This document shows positions 63,495-64,000 of a stretch of DNA of 64,000 bases, one piece after another (positions within the stretch are counted from its first letter, which is position 1; each line of letters starts with the position of its first letter). The notes under the pieces are model-generated. The model was not told the origin of the DNA and did not search any database. It saw only the letters and a program-made list of their open reading frames with translations. The DNA is from Phoronis australis (Eukaryota; Animalia; Phoronida). Location of the stretch: the NCBI GenBank assembly GCA_002633005.1, contig NMRA01000364.1, forward strand, positions 243,075 to 307,074. Direction: 5' to 3'. The translations under genes and the position numbers were made by a program.

Positions 63495-64000
63495 GTAAAG
63501 TTCTATCCTTGGCTATCGTTGGCACTGATTTGACACTGGGCGGGATAATTTCCTGACCTCTTGTTTTGTTAGGGGCCAACGTTTGCCCAAGGCAGGGTTT
63601 TGCCATCATTTGACTGCAGGAGATGCTGTTGAATTTATGAGTATTTCAGCGTGGATGCAATGATAAGAAATGCAACTACAAAAAATGATTGTCATCAGGT
63701 TCATTTCCTGTTTGTTTCCAGTGTTATCAGTGAAAAAATAAAAATTAGCCAATTTACCAGGGCTCCATTCTTTTCTGCAAGCAGGGTCTAATCTTTGTAC
63801 TTGAAATCAAACTCGAAATTTTTTTTTGGCATTTTCCATTCTATTTGAATTCCAACTCAAGATAAAGAGTCTACAATGCTGTGCTCGAGTATGTTTTAGT
63901 TGCTGCTCAAGATCTTGAGTTTCTACACAAATTTGTCGCTCAGATCTTCGGGTCGTCAAGTGCAAACATGGACTAGAAACTCGAGCATAGAGTTATATGA

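Larger units (their letters stand above)
61714..64000 (+). repeat. Duplicate of 57064-59467 (probable haplotype redundancy)
   Basis: Lies on the contig starting after N at 61050; contains exons 21-22 again. Confidence 0.85.

Overview
Eukaryotic, intron-rich animal DNA from a draft assembly with single-N joins and N gaps, probably an invertebrate deuterostome (inferred). Three spliced genes were reconstructed by hand. CEP20/FOPNL (+) has exons 2-5 at 3004-23322; its first exon was not found. SLC25A10, the mitochondrial dicarboxylate carrier (-), has 9 coding exons at 24901-35001 and gives a complete 292 aa protein. CEP112 (+) has 23 exons at 39904-60597 (892 codons) and continues past the window. 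The 15.8 kb CEP20 intron 2 holds nested hAT-like elements with 6-bp TSDs, Helentron/DINE-like elements carrying CTCF motifs, a Tc1/pogo-like element and a ~1.7-1.8 kb tandem array. The minus strand of that array reads as a decayed repeat-domain protein, preceded by an intact-looking first exon and a triple TGATGTCA promoter; a second copy of this promoter/start architecture lies 9 kb away. Several local duplications at N joins look like two haplotypes laid end to end. Two of them show filled versus empty transposon sites, including a THAP-encoding Kolobok-like element at TTAA. No rRNA, true tRNA or CRISPR array was seen.
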